Assembly: GCF_900079115.1 (NCBI RefSeq)
Contig: NZ_LT549890.1
Coordinates: 270,001 to 302,000, forward strand
Direction: 5' to 3'
DNA: 32,000 nt
Source: Saccharolobus solfataricus
Lineage (GTDB): Archaea > Thermoproteota > Thermoprotei_A > Sulfolobales > Sulfolobaceae
Part shown: positions 1-10,029 of the stretch, piece by piece
Position numbering within the stretch: position 1 is the first letter of the stretch
Layout of the letters: each line of letters begins with the position of its first letter
Position numbers and translations under genes: made by a program
Notes under the pieces: model-generated
What the model saw: the letters and a program-made list of their open reading frames with translations, nothing else
Told to the model about the DNA's origin: nothing
The model's database searches: none

Positions 1-1274
1 ATTGACATTTCTATATTAAATCTTATATCAGTTATTTCGTTATTATACTTCTTGCCTAATAACAACTCTAATGAATTATATATAGATTCGATATATTTAT
101 ACAATATTTGGACATTTACATTTACTCTAGATAGTAATTTTCTTATCTTAATTACTCCTTCATCATTAATTTTTATAGCTTCAGATAATGGTTCTATTTT
201 ATCTAACACGATACCATAATTTTTAATTTCATCTACGATTTCATTATATCGTGAAATTTGATCGAAGAGATAATCATTAATACTTCTCTCTAACTCTAAT
301 CTTTTAGCGTTTAATTCCAGCTCGAGATTTTGCAAAGTCTTCATATCAGATATATTTTCTAGATTACTTGAAATATCAGCAAAGAACTTATTATACTTTT
401 GAATTAAAGGAGTTAGTTCTATATCATTAGTATCCTTTATAACTAATTTTATCTTTTCTAGTACTCCTTTTAGTTCATCTAGATTTTCAATAATTCTTTT
501 TCTTGTATCAACTAATTCTTTTTTAATATAAAAATTGGCTTTAATCAGTGATACTATAGAAGGAATTATATTTAAAATTATCGTTAATAACCCAGTTAAG
601 GTTATTATTTCTAAAGCCTGACCATTTAGATAAAGAAAGATAGAAAGTGGAATACTTCCAATTAAACTATATAGTTGACTTATACCAAATAATATACCAG
701 CTGCTAGAGCTAATATAATAGATACCCAGAGCGAATAGTTATGTAATATGTATGATGTTGTGTTGTAGCTTAAAATGCTAGGTACTATTAGTATTAGTAG
801 AGGTAATACGGAAAGAATATTTACTGTAATTCTACTATTCTTTTCAGCAATTCCAAACGGTAAAAACAATAGAAAGAAAGGATTATATATTGATAAAAGT
901 ATAGAACTAGATGTTATTACACCTCCTATGGAACTATATTTTAAAATAGAAAATAGCGGGATTATGAATATAAAAATTAATGCTACCAGTAATTCTATTA
1001 GATATTCAATTGAGTAGCCTTGAATCAGAGGTAATAATGTAATATTGTATAATGTCTTAAAAACTACTGCACTTTCTATAATATATATCGCTAAAAATAT
1101 TATAGAAAGAGGTTTGTAGAAGAAAAATGAAATTACTGAGATAATAGCTATAACAAAATACACGTAATCAATAGGTAAAAACGAAAAGAAGATTTTGTAT
1201 GACAGAATTGCATTAATAACTGCAACTATTACTCTATTTATATATTCATATACAATATCACTATTTGCCTCCAT
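1..1274 (-). CDS. Polytopic membrane protein with C-terminal coiled-coil region (partial, 3' end runs off the left edge)
   Basis: Not in the supplied track because it is open at the window edge. Hand translation of the minus strand from ATG at 1274..1272 gives MEANSDIVYEYINRVIVAVINAILSYKIFFSFLPIDYVYFVIAIISVISFFFYKPL... I spot-checked it codon by codon at 1160-1274 and 720-800 and read no stop down to position 1 (about 424 codons). The first ~250 aa are strongly hydrophobic (several TM helices). The rest is K/E/L/I/N-rich and heptad-like (...LQNLELELNAKRLELERSINDY...). The + ORF 775..1017 lies inside it. Confidence 0.6.
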   Translation of the reverse strand, partial: MEANSDIVYEYINRVIVAVINAILSYKIFFSFLPIDYVYFVIAIISVISFFFYKPLSIIFLAIYIIESAVVFKTLYNITLLPLIQGYSIEYLIELLVALIFIFIIPLFSILKYSSIGGVITSSSILLSIYNPFFLLFLPFGIAEKNSRITVNILSVLPLLILIVPSILSYNTTSYILHNYSLWVSIILALAAGILFGISQLYSLIGSIPLSIFLYLNGQALEIITLTGLLTIILNIIPSIVSLIKANFYIKKELVDTRKRIIENLDELKGVLEKIKLVIKDTNDIELTPLIQKYNKFFADISSNLENISDMKTLQNLELELNAKRLELERSINDYLFDQISRYNEIVDEIKNYGIVLDKIEPLSEAIKINDEGVIKIRKLLSRVNVNVQILYKYIESIYNSLELLLGKKYNNEITDIRFNIEMS

Positions 1275-1345
1275 GTTCTTTATAAACATACTTAGAATAA
1301 TATTATCTCTCAAAGATATATATGGTTTACTAGCTTTAGTAAGTT

Positions 1346-1356
1346 AAAGATATAAA
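1346..1356 (+). promoter_or_regulatory. Putative TATA box of the sod promoter (leaderless mRNA)
   Basis: AAAGATATAAA is centred ~27 nt upstream of the sod ATG (1378). thyX and nuoA show the same geometry. There is no SD motif before the ATG. Confidence 0.35.
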
Positions 1357-1377
1357 CGGTTCTTCATATCTATACCT

Positions 1378-2013
1378 ATGACTCTCCAAATTCAGTTTAA
1401 AAAGTACGAGCTACCTCCATTACCCTACAAGATAGATGCATTAGAACCGTATATAAGTAAAGATATAATTGATGTACATTATAACGGACATCATAAAGGC
1501 TATGTAAATGGAGCAAATTCACTCCTAGAAAGACTAGAAAAAGTAGTAAAAGGAGATTTACAAACAGGGCAATATGATATTCAAGGTATTATACGTGGTC
1601 TTACGTTTAACATTAATGGACACAAGTTACACGCCTTGTATTGGGAAAATATGGCACCAAGTGGAAAAGGTGGTGGAAAACCTGGTGGTGCACTAGCAGA
1701 CTTAATAAACAAGCAATATGGTAGTTTTGATAGGTTTAAGCAAGTATTTACTGAAACTGCTAATTCACTACCCGGGACTGGTTGGGCTGTTCTCTATTAC
1801 GATACTGAGTCTGGCAATTTGCAAATTATGACGTTCGAAAATCACTTCCAAAATCATATAGCGGAAATACCAATAATATTAATACTAGATGAGTTCGAGC
1901 ATGCGTACTATCTTCAGTATAAGAACAAGAGAGCTGATTACGTTAATGCTTGGTGGAATGTAGTAAATTGGGATGCAGCGGAAAAGAAGTTACAGAAATA
2001 TTTAACGAAGTAA
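1378..2013 (+). CDS. sod: Fe/Mn-family superoxide dismutase
   Basis: 211 aa. It has SOD family signatures (PYxxDALEPxIS, HYxxHH, DxWEHAYY-like [11 protein letters not shown]). The sequence matches my memory of the Sulfolobus solfataricus Fe-SOD, including the GKGGGKPGG insertion. Confidence 0.97.
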   Translation: MTLQIQFKKYELPPLPYKIDALEPYISKDIIDVHYNGHHKGYVNGANSLLERLEKVVKGDLQTGQYDIQGIIRGLTFNINGHKLHALYWENMAPSGKGGGKPGGALADLINKQYGSFDRFKQVFTETANSLPGTGWAVLYYDTESGNLQIMTFENHFQNHIAEIPIILILDEFEHAYYLQYKNKRADYVNAWWNVVNWDAAEKKLQKYLTK

Positions 2014-2047
2014 ATAGTTTTTTATCTATTATCGCATTTTTCTTAGT

Positions 2048-3133
2048 ATGGTATCCGCAATTGTACTAGCTGGAGGTTATGCTACTAGACTTAGGCCTTT
2101 AAGTTTGACTAAACCGAAAGCTCTTTTCCCCATTTTAAACAAACCTATACTGGGTTACATTTTGGAAAGTCTTATCAATTCCGATGTTAGTGATATATAT
2201 TTATCATTAAGAGTAATGGCTGACAAGATAATCGATTACTTAAAGGATACTAGCATGCTAGATAAGGTTAAGATAGAAGTTGAAAGTGAACCTTTAGGTG
2301 ATGCAGGACCTTTAAAATTGATCTCCCAGAAGTATAATTTAGATGATGACGTTTTGGTCATATATGGAGATATATATAGTGAGATAAATATAAAATCCCT
2401 TCTCGATTTTTATTATAAAAAGAGTTGTGATGCAGTAGTAGTTGGTACGGAAGTTGAAGATCCGAGAAGATATGGTGTACTTTATACAGAAAATGATGTC
2501 TTAGTAGAGTTAATAGAAAAACCTAAAAAACCTATAAGCAATTTGATTAACGGAGGAGTATATATTTTTAAAAAGGATCTATTCAAGTTAGTAGAAACTC
2601 CATCTTCTATTAGTAAGGATTTTTTACCTAAGCTACTTAGAACTAAGTCCATTTCAGTGTATAAATATCACGGGATATGGGCAGATATAGGAGTCCCAGA
2701 CGACTATCTTAGACTCAATTTTGAAGTATTAGTACAGAAATACCCTAAGGGTTATATAAACTCGTCAGCTAAGGTCAGTGAAAAATCTACGCTTATTCCG
2801 CCCTATTATATTGGTTCGAAAAATGTTATTGGAGAGGATGCATATATTACCTCTAATACTATTTTGGGTAATGATGTAGAAATAGGAAAAGGAACATACA
2901 TATCTGAGAGTATACTAATGAATAAAGTGCAAGTTAAAGAATATACATATATCTCAGGATCTATAATAGCTGACAAAACTAAGATAGGGAGATGGAATCA
3001 TATATTAGATGGGTCTATTTTAGGTGAAGAGGTAATTACTAGCGATGGAGTACTTATAAATCGACGTACGATAATCTTGCCTAATAAGGAAGTGAAGGAA
3101 CACGTTTATGATAAAGGCAAAATAATACTATAA
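2048..3133 (+). CDS. Sugar-phosphate nucleotidyltransferase (NTP-transferase domain plus C-terminal left-handed beta-helix)
   Basis: The N-terminus [26 protein letters not shown] is the classic G-x-G-T-R-L nucleotidyltransferase motif. The C-terminal third has hexapeptide-repeat character (IGxxxxI/V periodicity). The sugar specificity cannot be read from sequence. Confidence 0.85.
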   Translation: MVSAIVLAGGYATRLRPLSLTKPKALFPILNKPILGYILESLINSDVSDIYLSLRVMADKIIDYLKDTSMLDKVKIEVESEPLGDAGPLKLISQKYNLDDDVLVIYGDIYSEINIKSLLDFYYKKSCDAVVVGTEVEDPRRYGVLYTENDVLVELIEKPKKPISNLINGGVYIFKKDLFKLVETPSSISKDFLPKLLRTKSISVYKYHGIWADIGVPDDYLRLNFEVLVQKYPKGYINSSAKVSEKSTLIPPYYIGSKNVIGEDAYITSNTILGNDVEIGKGTYISESILMNKVQVKEYTYISGSIIADKTKIGRWNHILDGSILGEEVITSDGVLINRRTIILPNKEVKEHVYDKGKIIL

Positions 3134-3143
3134 GGTGACAATT

Positions 3144-3848
3144 ATGATCCTTAGGGAAATTATTGACGAATTGTCATATCAGTTGAAGCAAAGAAGAATT
3201 ATTAACGTATGTGTTAGCCCTGCTTACACATCAGTAATGTTAGACGATCAATCCATAGGAATCTCACATACTATAACAGATGGTGAGATAGAAGGTGCTG
3301 GTGAGATAATAGGGAAAAATGCTTATGATGTTGTGATAAACAATCTAGACTCAAACTTGCAAAGATCTCTGTCTCTAGCAATTCTAAATGCTTTAGGGAG
3401 TATGATTGATTTTACGCAAGGTGATCCAATTAATTTATACTCTGGAGGAAAGCTTTGCGTATTTGGTTTTTCACCTCAACTGTCATATAGTAATTTTGAT
3501 AGCGTTATCGTGTATGATTTCATGTCTACTGAAAATAAGAAGGTAGGTAACACAGAAATAAAACCTTACTCTTCACTATCTCGTGAAGTATGTTCTACTG
3601 CATTAATTTTCGCATCTTCTATAGTCAATAATACAATAGATAGGATTATTAGTCAGATCTCTGCTAATCACCTAATTCTAACTGGCATTTCTTCGGTAGA
3701 CGCTCCAATTACGCTTAAAAACCATGGATTTGAAGTGTTAGGAAAATTATTCCCAGTTGAGAAATATCGAGTATTTCGAACAATCTGCGAAGGTGGCAGT
3801 AATAAGTTATTGAGTAAATATATAATGAGGTATTTTAAAAAGCTGTAG
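3144..3848 (+). CDS. DUF4213/DUF364-like Rossmann-type protein (putative chelatase-like domain family)
   Basis: The track ORF starts at GTG 3135, but GGTGA (3134..3138) followed by 5 nt and ATG 3144 is the better start. The N-terminal pattern VCVSPAYTSVMLDDQSIGISHT resembles the DUF4213 core (IGxxYTxVxLxDGxxGxA). The family call is from memory only. Confidence 0.5.
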   Translation: MILREIIDELSYQLKQRRIINVCVSPAYTSVMLDDQSIGISHTITDGEIEGAGEIIGKNAYDVVINNLDSNLQRSLSLAILNALGSMIDFTQGDPINLYSGGKLCVFGFSPQLSYSNFDSVIVYDFMSTENKKVGNTEIKPYSSLSREVCSTALIFASSIVNNTIDRIISQISANHLILTGISSVDAPITLKNHGFEVLGKLFPVEKYRVFRTICEGGSNKLLSKYIMRYFKKL

Positions 3849-5013
3849 GTTGTATTTCATCAATTTTTGAATAACATTGCCCACTATAATATAACATAGA
3901 GTCATTGCAACCATTATTTTTTACTACAGTAATTCTGGCATCTATAATATTTAAGTAACGATTAGCTTTTATACTATCAAAAAGTTTAAGGTAAGCTATC
4001 GCTGCTCTTGCAATAACCTTAGGATTATTTAGAGCCCCTCCTAACGCGCTACCTAATCCCTTAAGTGCTAAATTCTTGTATGTTTCGTCACCAGTTATAT
4101 TCCATAATCGTGAAAAGAATATAGAAGCTTCAGAGTTTGAAATTGGCTCTAAGTAAGGCACTTTAGTTATATTATCAATCTCCTTTATGTCCCTAAAACC
4201 TCTTTCATGTTGTAAATTATTCTTTATATAATCTGCAACCTTTATAGCGAGACTGAGATACTCCTCGTTTATAGTTCTCTCATATTCACTAACTAGTGCA
4301 TTACCAGCTAATGCTTCATCGAGCAAAATTCCTTTAGTTTCTTTTTTCTTACTTCTATATACTTCACCACTATTAATGTCTATAAAATCTAGTAATTTTT
4401 GTACACTAGTCACTCCGTAATTTACTAACATTGAAACGTTTGCAGAGGATTTCTCATCAATTTTTATCTCTCCTTTTCCTTCTAAAAGATACCTAGCTAC
4501 ATCATCAGAGCATTTTATCTTATCTTTCGCTTTAAGGTATTCCTTGTATACATTAGTATAGGTTAAATAAACTTCTATCATCCTAGTATCAGCTTCATAT
4601 CCCCCAATCACTTTATTTATTGTTTCATAAATTATGCTAGGAGTGGGTTCTATAGGATCAGGGGTATATCCCTCTAATTTTATACCTTTTACTATTCTTC
4701 TTTTATATTCATCTAGTAACTCTCTTAATTTATTTTCGATAAATTTCAAATCTTTAGATTCGATTACCGCGAGTAAATCTAAAGTAGGACTAAGAATAGT
4801 AATTGTGGGTATCATTCCTCGTGTTAGTCTAATCGTATAGTGAATGTATTCTAGTGCATTTACCTTTTTGCCTATATATTTTGAAAAAATTGTAGAATCT
4901 TGTAGTTTTGAATAGATAGTATCACAGTCCTTACAGTTTTCATCAGTAAAAAACAATAATATGGGCTTGTCGAAGAATTTAGCGTCATCAATTGTGCGTG
5001 AATTTAGTATCAT
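3835..5013 (-). CDS. Thioredoxin-fold / DUF255 (YyaL)-like protein, shortened form
   Basis: 392 aa. The N-terminus [19 protein letters not shown] has a CxxC in a thioredoxin-like context similar to the DUF255 KPIFLSIGYSTCHWCHVM region. The C-terminal part is helical-repeat-like ([34 protein letters not shown]), as in the alpha/alpha-barrel part of that family. Confidence 0.5.
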   Translation of the reverse strand: MILNSRTIDDAKFFDKPILLFFTDENCKDCDTIYSKLQDSTIFSKYIGKKVNALEYIHYTIRLTRGMIPTITILSPTLDLLAVIESKDLKFIENKLRELLDEYKRRIVKGIKLEGYTPDPIEPTPSIIYETINKVIGGYEADTRMIEVYLTYTNVYKEYLKAKDKIKCSDDVARYLLEGKGEIKIDEKSSANVSMLVNYGVTSVQKLLDFIDINSGEVYRSKKKETKGILLDEALAGNALVSEYERTINEEYLSLAIKVADYIKNNLQHERGFRDIKEIDNITKVPYLEPISNSEASIFFSRLWNITGDETYKNLALKGLGSALGGALNNPKVIARAAIAYLKLFDSIKANRYLNIIDARITVVKNNGCNDSMLYYSGQCYSKIDEIQPTAF

Positions 5014-5030
5014 TATTAACCGTAAGGCTT

Positions 5031-5045
5031 ATTTACATATAAAAC
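5031..5045. promoter_or_regulatory. Putative shared/bidirectional TATA region between divergent leaderless genes
   Basis: ATTTACATATAAAAC sits in the 43-nt gap between the minus-strand ATG at 5013 and the plus-strand ATG at 5057. Read on the minus strand (GTTTTATATGTAAAT) it is ~26 nt from 5013. Read on the plus strand it is ~18-22 nt from 5057. Confidence 0.3.
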
Positions 5046-5056
5046 TTCTACTATCT

Positions 5057-5386
5057 ATGAGTCGTCCAGCTACAAAATGGAAGTGTGTACTATGTAATAA
5101 TACAATATATTGGGACGAATTATTCACTTATTTAAAAAACGGTGTTAGTCATTATACTTGTTTGAGAGATAAAGCAATAAGAAATGCTAAGATTGATAGC
5201 AAAGAATTAACTTTGCTTTTGGACTCTCTAGAGGAAGAACTAAAATCAATAGTTTCTTATAAGCAAAAGTTATCATCACTACAAAATGAGGAGGCAAAAA
5301 AGACGTTAGACCAAATTGAAAAGGATGCTGAGAAAAACGCCGGGATTTTAACTAGATTGATTGAGAAGTTTAGTGATCTTTCTTAA
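5057..5386 (+). CDS. Small zinc-ribbon-like protein with C-terminal coiled coil (hypothetical)
   Basis: The track ORF begins at 4961, but that extension overlaps the divergent gene by 53 nt. ATG 5057 gives [40 protein letters not shown] (CxxC ... HxxC) followed by a heptad-like acidic/lysine-rich tail. Confidence 0.5.
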   Translation: MSRPATKWKCVLCNNTIYWDELFTYLKNGVSHYTCLRDKAIRNAKIDSKELTLLLDSLEEELKSIVSYKQKLSSLQNEEAKKTLDQIEKDAEKNAGILTRLIEKFSDLS

Positions 5387-5494
5387 TAACTGATGAGGAT
5401 ATTAGAATTAAATTATTTTATTAAATTATTTTATAAAAGTTATAAGATTATTTTAGATCAATTAAGCTGTCAATAAAACGATGAACCATATTTC

Positions 5495-5506
5495 TTAAAA
5501 ATATAA
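5495..5506 (+). promoter_or_regulatory. Putative TATA box of the thyX promoter (leaderless mRNA)
   Basis: TTAAAAATATAA is centred ~27 nt upstream of ATG 5528. No SD motif is present. Confidence 0.35.
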
Positions 5507-5527
5507 TAAGAGATAGTAGTATTTGAT

Positions 5528-6310
5528 ATGATCTCTGTTAAATTAGTCTCATATACGAATGATGGAGAGAAAGTCATTGCTATTGCTGCTAAGATGAGTA
5601 GGAGTAGAAAAGGTTGGGATTATCATGAGAAAGACATGACTGATGATGAAATTGAGACATGGATCAGAGATGCAATCCTTCACGGTTATTGGAGTGTTCT
5701 TGAGCATAGCGTTTATACTTTTTCTATAGAAGAAATTTCTCGTGTAGCTTCACATCAGCTTGTGAGGCATAGGATTGCAAGTTATACGCAAATGAGTCAT
5801 AGGTTTGCTAAGCCTATAGACGAATACTACAAACCAATTATTCCGCCATCTGCCAAGAAAAGAAGTAAAGAGTTAGTGGAGAAAGCGTATAAGGAAGCCT
5901 ATGACAACTATTACACACTTTTAGAAAGCGGTGTACCAGAGGAAGATGCAAGATATGTACTACCAAATGGAGTAAATACAAATATTGTCGTCACAATGAA
6001 TGCTAGAGAGTTATATAACTTCTTCTCGCTTCGACTGTGTTCAAGGGCACAGTGGGAGATTAGAGCAATAGCTTGGAAAATGTTAGAGGAGGTTAAGAAA
6101 GTTCATCCCCGACTATTCAAATATACTGGACCAAATTGTATAATACATGAAAACTTCATAAGAAATGAAAATGAATCTATAACTTTAGAAGATATATTTA
6201 AAGATTACAAATTAGAGTTCATATCTCAAAGATGCATCGAGGGAGTATTGAGAGACGGAATAAAAAAATGCATCATAAATTCGCGTTCTGTATTGGATAA
6301 TATTAAATAA
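5528..6310 (+). CDS. thyX: Flavin-dependent thymidylate synthase ThyX
   Basis: It carries the ThyX signature RHRxxSxxxxSxR ([17 protein letters not shown]). The N-terminal [16 protein letters not shown] and the ARYVLPN segment are typical of the family. Confidence 0.93.
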   Translation: MISVKLVSYTNDGEKVIAIAAKMSRSRKGWDYHEKDMTDDEIETWIRDAILHGYWSVLEHSVYTFSIEEISRVASHQLVRHRIASYTQMSHRFAKPIDEYYKPIIPPSAKKRSKELVEKAYKEAYDNYYTLLESGVPEEDARYVLPNGVNTNIVVTMNARELYNFFSLRLCSRAQWEIRAIAWKMLEEVKKVHPRLFKYTGPNCIIHENFIRNENESITLEDIFKDYKLEFISQRCIEGVLRDGIKKCIINSRSVLDNIK

Positions 6311-6356
6311 CTATAGTATAGGATAGAACTTTTTACTGTAACTCTTTAACGAAGAG

Positions 6357-6365
6357 TATTTAAAT
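6357..6365 (+). promoter_or_regulatory. Putative TATA box of the nuo operon promoter (leaderless nuoA)
   Basis: TATTTAAAT is centred 29 nt upstream of ATG 6390. No SD is present, whereas every downstream nuo gene has a GGAGG/GGTGA-like SD. Confidence 0.35.
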
Positions 6366-6389
6366 GATTACCTTTTATATACACATGCG

Positions 6390-6779
6390 ATGTCATTTAC
6401 ACAAGCTATTTTAGGTTTTGGTATTCCCATTGTAGTCTTTCTGGCTGCTGGGTATGGTCTTTATAAGTTCTTACTGCTGATACTTCCATCGAAGCCTAAT
6501 CCCTTAAAGGTTAGCCGATTTGAGGCTGGTAATATCCCCACAGGATCAGGGAGGCTTTGGTTCCCATTGCAATATTATGGTTATTTATTGCTTTATGTTA
6601 CCTTAGAACCGATAATTGTATTACTACTTCCTATCGCATTTTCAAATTATTATTCAGTACCAGTAGCTTTCAGAGATCTATTATTAATAATTGTAGTGTT
6701 TATTGTTTTAATGTACCCCGTTTTGTATTATGCTATCAGACAAATTAATTTATTATACCAGTGGGAGATGAGAAGATGA
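6390..6779 (+). CDS. nuoA: NADH-quinone oxidoreductase (complex I) subunit A
   Basis: 129 aa with three TM segments. It has the conserved FE(A/C)G motif region ([33 protein letters not shown]). Confidence 0.9.
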   Translation: MSFTQAILGFGIPIVVFLAAGYGLYKFLLLILPSKPNPLKVSRFEAGNIPTGSGRLWFPLQYYGYLLLYVTLEPIIVLLLPIAFSNYYSVPVAFRDLLLIIVVFIVLMYPVLYYAIRQINLLYQWEMRR

Positions 6780-7270
6780 GCGAAGCGCTAAAAAGTCTTG
6801 TAAACGATTTGCAGACTAAGTTTAAATGTCAAGCCAAGATTGAAAGTGATAGACGGATAACTGTGATTGTGCCTGATAAGAAAATCATAAGAGATGTGGC
6901 CAGCTTCTTAAAAGATTTTGGGTTTGATCATGTTAAGGCAGTAACTGGTATAGACTATCCTGAGCACGAGAAACTAGAGGTGGTTTATCATATATCTTCA
7001 TACTCTAATTTAGATCTGGCTAAAATCATATTAGCCTTAAGAACGACTGTAAGTTATAAGGATCCTTCTTTGCCTTCACTATATTCAATATTTGAAAGTG
7101 CGTGGACTGGAGAAAGGGAGACTTATGAGATGTTAGGAATCAGATTTGAGGGTCATCCAGATCTTAGAAGATTTTTCTTGGATGAGGATTTTGAAGGTGT
7201 ATATCCATTGAGGAAGTCATATAAGATCAAGTTGGAGGGGGTCTTCGTTGACAAGCCAACCACAGAATGA
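6776..7270 (+). CDS. nuoC: Complex I subunit C (30-kDa subunit)
   Basis: It has the NuoC signature [23 protein letters not shown]. The track start is GTG 6761. ATG 6776 forms an ATGA overlap with the nuoA stop (6777..6779) and is the likelier start. Confidence 0.9.
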   Translation: MSEALKSLVNDLQTKFKCQAKIESDRRITVIVPDKKIIRDVASFLKDFGFDHVKAVTGIDYPEHEKLEVVYHISSYSNLDLAKIILALRTTVSYKDPSLPSLYSIFESAWTGERETYEMLGIRFEGHPDLRRFFLDEDFEGVYPLRKSYKIKLEGVFVDKPTTE

Positions 7271-8480
7271 AATACAAGAACAACTACTTGCAGCTACTGG
7301 AATGTCTGTAGAATTTATACCAGTTCAAGGAGAGCTCAATGTCGGCCCGCAACACCCTGGCTCTGGTCATATGAGAATATTTGTTAAACTAAATGGTGAC
7401 ATCATAGAGGATGTAGACTTAGATGTCGGTTATGTTCATAGAGCAGTAGAAAAGCTTTCAGAAAATAGGAATTACATGCACCTTATACCTTTAGTAGAGA
7501 GGCCGGCGATTTTAGATTCTATACATATGAATTTAGGCTACATAATTGCGGTAGAAAAGATTTTAGGAGTTGATGTTCCAGAAAGGGCGCAATACTTAAG
7601 GAGCTTTGCTGCGGAGGTAAATAGAATAGCTAGTCACCTCTACGGATTAGGAATTTTGGCAATATTCTTAGGCCATTCTACCGGTTTTATGTGGGGCTTT
7701 GGTGATAGAGAGGTATGGGTTACCATATTAGAAGCATTAACAGGGGCGAGGGTTACAAATTCGTACGTAATACCAGGTGGGGTTAGAAAAGATATAACTC
7801 AAGAAATAAAAGAAATGACCATAAAGGCTATAGCATATCAACGTAAAAGACTAGAAGATTGGAAAAAAATTTTCTTTTATAATCCATCGATTAGAGCGAG
7901 GCTTGAAAATGTTGGAGTTATGAGTAGAGAAAATGCAATTAAATGGGGAGCTGTCGGGCCTAATTTAAGAGCTTCTGGAGTATACTATGACGTTCGAAAA
8001 ATAGAACCATATGGGGCTTACGATAAGTTAGATTTTGAGATTCCAGTTTACAAGGAGGGAGATGGTCTAGCAAGAGGTTTGGTAAGATTAGAGGAAATCG
8101 AACAAAGTATGAGAATATTAGAGCAGATAATAAAGAATATACCTGAGGGTAATATCTTATCAGATAGATTCTTCAAACAGATACCTCCTATTAGACTTAA
8201 GAAGTATTGGGAGACATATCGACGCATTGTATTGCCAGGCTATTACGCTTCATTTAGACCACCTAAGGGTGAAGCAATATCTAGAGTTGAAGCTGGAAGG
8301 GGAGAGCTGGCATATTATGTAGTAAGTGATGGTTCTCCTAAGCCTTATAGATTAAGAATGATAACTCCTTCTTATAGGTTAATATATGTTTTTAAAGAGT
8401 TATGTAAAGGTTCACGATATGCTGATTTGGTTTCGATTTATGGTAGTCTAGATTATTTCCCTCCGGAGGCGGATAGGTAA
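7248..8480 (+). CDS. nuoD: Complex I subunit D (49-kDa subunit)
   Basis: It has [13 protein letters not shown] near the N-terminus, RIASHL, and a C-terminal [10 protein letters not shown]-type end, all typical of NuoD. TTG 7248 is preceded by GGAGGGGG (7234..7241). The alternative start is ATG 7302. Confidence 0.92.
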   Translation: MTSQPQNEIQEQLLAATGMSVEFIPVQGELNVGPQHPGSGHMRIFVKLNGDIIEDVDLDVGYVHRAVEKLSENRNYMHLIPLVERPAILDSIHMNLGYIIAVEKILGVDVPERAQYLRSFAAEVNRIASHLYGLGILAIFLGHSTGFMWGFGDREVWVTILEALTGARVTNSYVIPGGVRKDITQEIKEMTIKAIAYQRKRLEDWKKIFFYNPSIRARLENVGVMSRENAIKWGAVGPNLRASGVYYDVRKIEPYGAYDKLDFEIPVYKEGDGLARGLVRLEEIEQSMRILEQIIKNIPEGNILSDRFFKQIPPIRLKKYWETYRRIVLPGYYASFRPPKGEAISRVEAGRGELAYYVVSDGSPKPYRLRMITPSYRLIYVFKELCKGSRYADLVSIYGSLDYFPPEADR

Positions 8481-9538
8481 TGAGCGTTCTCTCAGCTTTG
8501 CAATATTATTTCTTTTATCCTTCATTTTTCTTAACAGTAATTTTCCCTGGTCTAATATTCACTCTAATTTTTCTTTTAGTTACTATATGGTTTGAAAGAA
8601 AAGCAGCAGCTATAGTTCAACTTAGATACGGTCCTTACTATGCATCTAAACGATTAGGAGGTATACTTCAGTTATTTGCTGACGCTATAAAATTTGTATT
8701 CTCGGAGATAATAATTCCTAATGGAGTAAATCAAACACTTTATGCAATATCTCCAGTTCTAGTATTAATATTTGCGTTTTTACCTATGGCTCTTATACCA
8801 ATATCTACTATACCAACACAAGGATCTATATTGTCAGTTTATCATGGCATATTTTATGACACCCAAATTCATCAAGGTATTTTAGTTCCATATTTCATAG
8901 AGTACAATTTAATAGGAATAATCGCACTGGAATCTCTATATCCAATACTTGTCATATTCTTGGCATGGAATACAAACAATAGATTCGCTATAGTAGGTTC
9001 TATAAGGGAGGCTTATTTGTCAGTATCTTATGATGTATTAATCATAATTTCGACACTTGCATTAGGATTAGAATATCACACACTTGATGTTGCTAAGATA
9101 GTGACTTCTGGAATACCGGGATTTATAGCTAATCCTATTGCGGCATTTGTATTCTTAGTTGCAATGTTAATAGGTTCTTCGAGGTTTCCATTTGAAATAG
9201 TAGAAGCTGAAACAGAGTTAGTTATAGGTCCTTATACTGAATATAGCGGTTTTCTATTTGTATTAACCATGGCGGGTTCCTATGTGGCAAATTTGGTATA
9301 TGCAATTCTCTTTGTGGACTTATTCTTGGGTGGTTGGCTTCCATTTACGGGATTTGTAGGTGCAATATTTACCGTTTTCAAGGCAGCAATAGTGGTATTT
9401 TTTGCTGTATTTCTTAGAGCGGTTTATGGAAGATACAGAATAGATCAAGCTTTAAGGGGAAGTTGGAAATATTTCTTTCCCTTAGCTTTAGCTTCCTTAT
9501 TATTAGGTGTGGTGGTGGGTTATTTATGGATAAGGTGA
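8480..9538 (+). CDS. nuoH: Complex I subunit H (ND1-like)
   Basis: 352 aa and polytopic. It has [16 protein letters not shown] (the NuoH WxERKxxxxxQxRxGP motif) and [12 protein letters not shown] (PFDxxEAExEL). There is a TAATG overlap with the nuoD stop. Confidence 0.93.
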   Translation: MSVLSALQYYFFYPSFFLTVIFPGLIFTLIFLLVTIWFERKAAAIVQLRYGPYYASKRLGGILQLFADAIKFVFSEIIIPNGVNQTLYAISPVLVLIFAFLPMALIPISTIPTQGSILSVYHGIFYDTQIHQGILVPYFIEYNLIGIIALESLYPILVIFLAWNTNNRFAIVGSIREAYLSVSYDVLIIISTLALGLEYHTLDVAKIVTSGIPGFIANPIAAFVFLVAMLIGSSRFPFEIVEAETELVIGPYTEYSGFLFVLTMAGSYVANLVYAILFVDLFLGGWLPFTGFVGAIFTVFKAAIVVFFAVFLRAVYGRYRIDQALRGSWKYFFPLALASLLLGVVVGYLWIR

Positions 9539-10029
9539 AAGAATATAAAAAAGAAAATATAGCGAGTTTATTTGCAGAACATATACAGTCCATAGTTACG
9601 GGTATAAAATATTTTGTAAAGCCTCAGAGAATCACACTGCAATATCCAGAAGATAGCCTTACTCTTCCTACGGGTTATAGAGGTATGATTAGGCTGTACA
9701 AAGACGTATGTATAGGCTGTACTTTATGCGCTTTGATATGTCCCGCAGATGCGATGAAAATGGTTACAGAAAGTGGAAAGAAGTTTCCGCAAATAAATTA
9801 CGGTAGGTGCGTCTTCTGTGGTTTCTGTGTAGACGTATGTCCAGTGGATGCTTTAAAGGAAACTAAAGTACATGATCTTGTTTTTAATAACAGAAAACAA
9901 CTGATCTTCGATCCGGATAGATTTAACGTAGATATAGATGATGTGCCTATGCAAGATAAGCCTGTAAGAAAAGTAAAAGCAATAATAGATGAGAAGAGGG
10001 GTATAAAATATGTACCCGCAGACGAGTGA
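9526..10029 (+). CDS. nuoI: Complex I subunit I (2x[4Fe-4S] ferredoxin-type)
   Basis: It has two CxxCxxCxxxCP motifs ([24 protein letters not shown]). The track start 9463 lies deep inside nuoH. ATG 9526 (MDKVKEY...) follows a GGTGG-rich SD. Confidence 0.93.
   Translation: MDKVKEYKKENIASLFAEHIQSIVTGIKYFVKPQRITLQYPEDSLTLPTGYRGMIRLYKDVCIGCTLCALICPADAMKMVTESGKKFPQINYGRCVFCGFCVDVCPVDALKETKVHDLVFNNRKQLIFDPDRFNVDIDDVPMQDKPVRKVKAIIDEKRGIKYVPADE

Noticed and set aside
775-1017. An 80-aa plus-strand ORF from the track.
   Set aside because: It lies entirely inside the long minus-strand membrane/coiled-coil ORF (1..1274). The sequence is low-complexity with no start context.
3835-3848. A 14-nt overlap of the 3' ends of two convergent genes (DUF364-like and DUF255-like).
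   Set aside because: Short convergent 3' overlaps are common in compact archaeal genomes. I see no evidence of a special regulatory role.
4634-4840. 68-aa, 63-aa, 93-aa, 79-aa, 65-aa, 61-aa and 67-aa track ORFs (4634..4840, 6557..6748, 10729..11010, 12898..13137, 20019..20216, 21564..21749, 24471..24674).
   Set aside because: Each is embedded in, or antisense to, a confidently identified gene, except that 21564..21749 only partly overlaps the permease start and extends into the gap. None has a motif or an independent start signal.
4961-5056. N-terminal extensions offered by the track: 4961 for the zinc-ribbon ORF, 9463 for nuoI, 10745 for nuoM/L, 14134 for nuoN and 28556 for spt5.
   Set aside because: Each extension overlaps the neighbouring gene substantially and translates to junk-like sequence. 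An internal ATG with a proper SD or TATA distance, or a stop-overlap junction, gives the family-typical N-terminus.
5388-5400. CUGAUGA just after the zinc-ribbon gene stop as a possible C box of a second C/D sRNA.
   Set aside because: I found no CUGA D box and no internal C'/D' pair downstream, only CUGU at ~5468. The region is simply AT-rich spacer.
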